Of a DNA stretch of 64,000 nucleotides, positions 63,359 to 64,000 are shown one piece after another. The DNA is from an uncultured Clostridium sp. Lineage in GTDB: Bacteria > Bacillota_I > Bacilli_A > RF39 > UBA660. The DNA lies in assembly GCA_964589375.1 (NCBI GenBank), contig CAZPSA010000001.1, positions 1,410 through 65,409 of the forward strand. Direction: 5' to 3'. Under the pieces are notes generated by a model that was not told the DNA's origin, did not search any database, and worked only from the letters and a program-made list of their open reading frames with translations. Each line of letters opens with the position of its first letter. Position 1 is the first letter of the stretch. Position numbers and translations under genes: made by a program.

Positions 63359-63964
63359 ATGAATACAATAAATGGTGAAATTGTAAATACACTTGAAATA
63401 AATAAAAGTACATTTATTACATACCTTAAACACGCAACTGAAGTTGAAGATGCGAAAGACTACGTTCAATATGTAAAAGCCATTCATCCAAACGCTACTC
63501 ACCATATTGTGGTAATGACAATTGGTAAAACTGGTGAATACGGACAAGCAAATGACGATGGAGAACCAAGTGGTACTGCTGCCCTTCCCGCTCTTGATGT
63601 TTTTAGAAAAAATGATATCACTAATTTTGTTTGTGTTATTGTTAGATATTTTGGAGGAATTAAACTAGGAGCAGGGGGACTTGTTAGAGCTTATTCTAAG
63701 TCCGCAAGCGAAGCTTTAAAATTATTACCGATAACTCCAATTATTGAGTATACTAATGTCAGTCTAACTTTTGATTATAGTTTTTTAAATCTTTTAGAAA
63801 ATCGCTTAAGTGATGTTGAAATAATAAACAAGAGCTTTAGTGATTCTGTTACTTTTATATTAAAATGTCCTAAGACAAATGTTAATAGTATTATTTCAAA
63901 AATTGTATCTTTAACAAATAATTTAATCAAATATCAAATATTAGAAAACAACGAAAAAGGATGA
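63359..63964 (+). CDS. YigZ/IMPACT-family protein (UPF0029)
   Basis: KSTFITYL, ATHHIVV, DDGEPSGTAALPALDV and VIVRYFGGIKLGAGGLVRAY. Confidence 0.85.
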   Translation: MNTINGEIVNTLEINKSTFITYLKHATEVEDAKDYVQYVKAIHPNATHHIVVMTIGKTGEYGQANDDGEPSGTAALPALDVFRKNDITNFVCVIVRYFGGIKLGAGGLVRAYSKSASEALKLLPITPIIEYTNVSLTFDYSFLNLLENRLSDVEIINKSFSDSVTFILKCPKTNVNSIISKIVSLTNNLIKYQILENNEKG

Positions 63965-63990
63965 TTTAATCATCCTTATTTATTTTCTTT
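63957..63990 (+). terminator. Rho-independent terminator of the YigZ gene (overlaps its TGA)
   Basis: AAGGATGAT-TTA-ATCATCCTT (9-bp stem) followed by ATTTATTTT. Confidence 0.6.
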
Positions 63991-64000
63991 CTTTTTAGAA

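Noticed and set aside
63341-63547. Minus-strand 68-aa ORF
   Set aside because: It is antisense to the 5' end of the YigZ gene and its promoter region, and its composition is implausible.
1-64000. Possibility that the very AT-rich, Mollicutes-like sequence uses genetic code 4 (TGA = Trp)
   Set aside because: Long ORFs (up to 3068 aa) are intact under the standard code, and Trp is encoded by TGG throughout. TGA ends well-delimited genes at family-typical lengths (YigZ at 63962-63964, ORF 1686..1886). The in-frame TGA at 15340-15342 is better explained as the upstream boundary of the relaxase frame.
1-64000. Search for CRISPR arrays, tRNA, rRNA, riboswitch or T-box leaders
   Set aside because: I saw no regularly spaced direct repeats, no cloverleaf-like GC-rich segments and no conserved S-box or T-box cores in any intergenic gap. 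This was a visual scan only, so covariance models could still find small RNAs.

Overview
This is AT-rich, low-GC Firmicutes-type DNA using the standard genetic code (TGA is a stop). All but two genes lie on the minus strand, and I saw no rRNA, tRNA or CRISPR. All calls rest on motif recognition in the supplied and my own translations; no homology search was possible. The window has four blocks. (1) 1 to ~28.4 kb is the right-hand part of an integrative conjugative element (ICE). It carries a large serine recombinase cut by the window edge, a TnpV-like protein, a minimal Gram-positive type IV secretion set (VirB4, VirB6-like, pilin-like, VirD4 coupling protein) and a MobL/HUH-type relaxase. It also carries ArdC, a 3068-aa polyvalent protein (methylase, SNF2 helicase, prim-pol), two large Cys-module surface proteins, and a sigma/HTH regulatory head behind a leader-peptide attenuator. 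(2) 28.5-40.2 kb is a radical-SAM RiPP cluster with two unannotated Cys-rich precursor genes. It adds a SPASM-only protein, an HPr-kinase-like kinase, a nucleotidyltransferase, an S8 protease and two ABC exporters, and metK sits just upstream. (3) 43.4-50.7 kb is the most unusual region. An ImmA/Xre (CapP/CapH-like) pair heads an operon joining a DprA-like plus ComF-type phosphoribosyltransferase pair to five more enzymes and a membrane protein. These are a guanine deaminase, a nucleoside 2-deoxyribosyltransferase, a family-4 UDG, two divergent (deoxy)nucleotide kinases and a terminal multi-TM protein. I read it as a candidate nucleotide-based conflict or defence system of undescribed composition. 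(4) 51-64 kb starts with a small Sel1/deaminase/Nudix operon. The rest is ordinary chromosome: RumA-type methyltransferase, pdaA, YihY, Xaa-Pro aminopeptidase, MarR with a Lys/Thr-rich tail, acpP, tex, CinA-C and YigZ.
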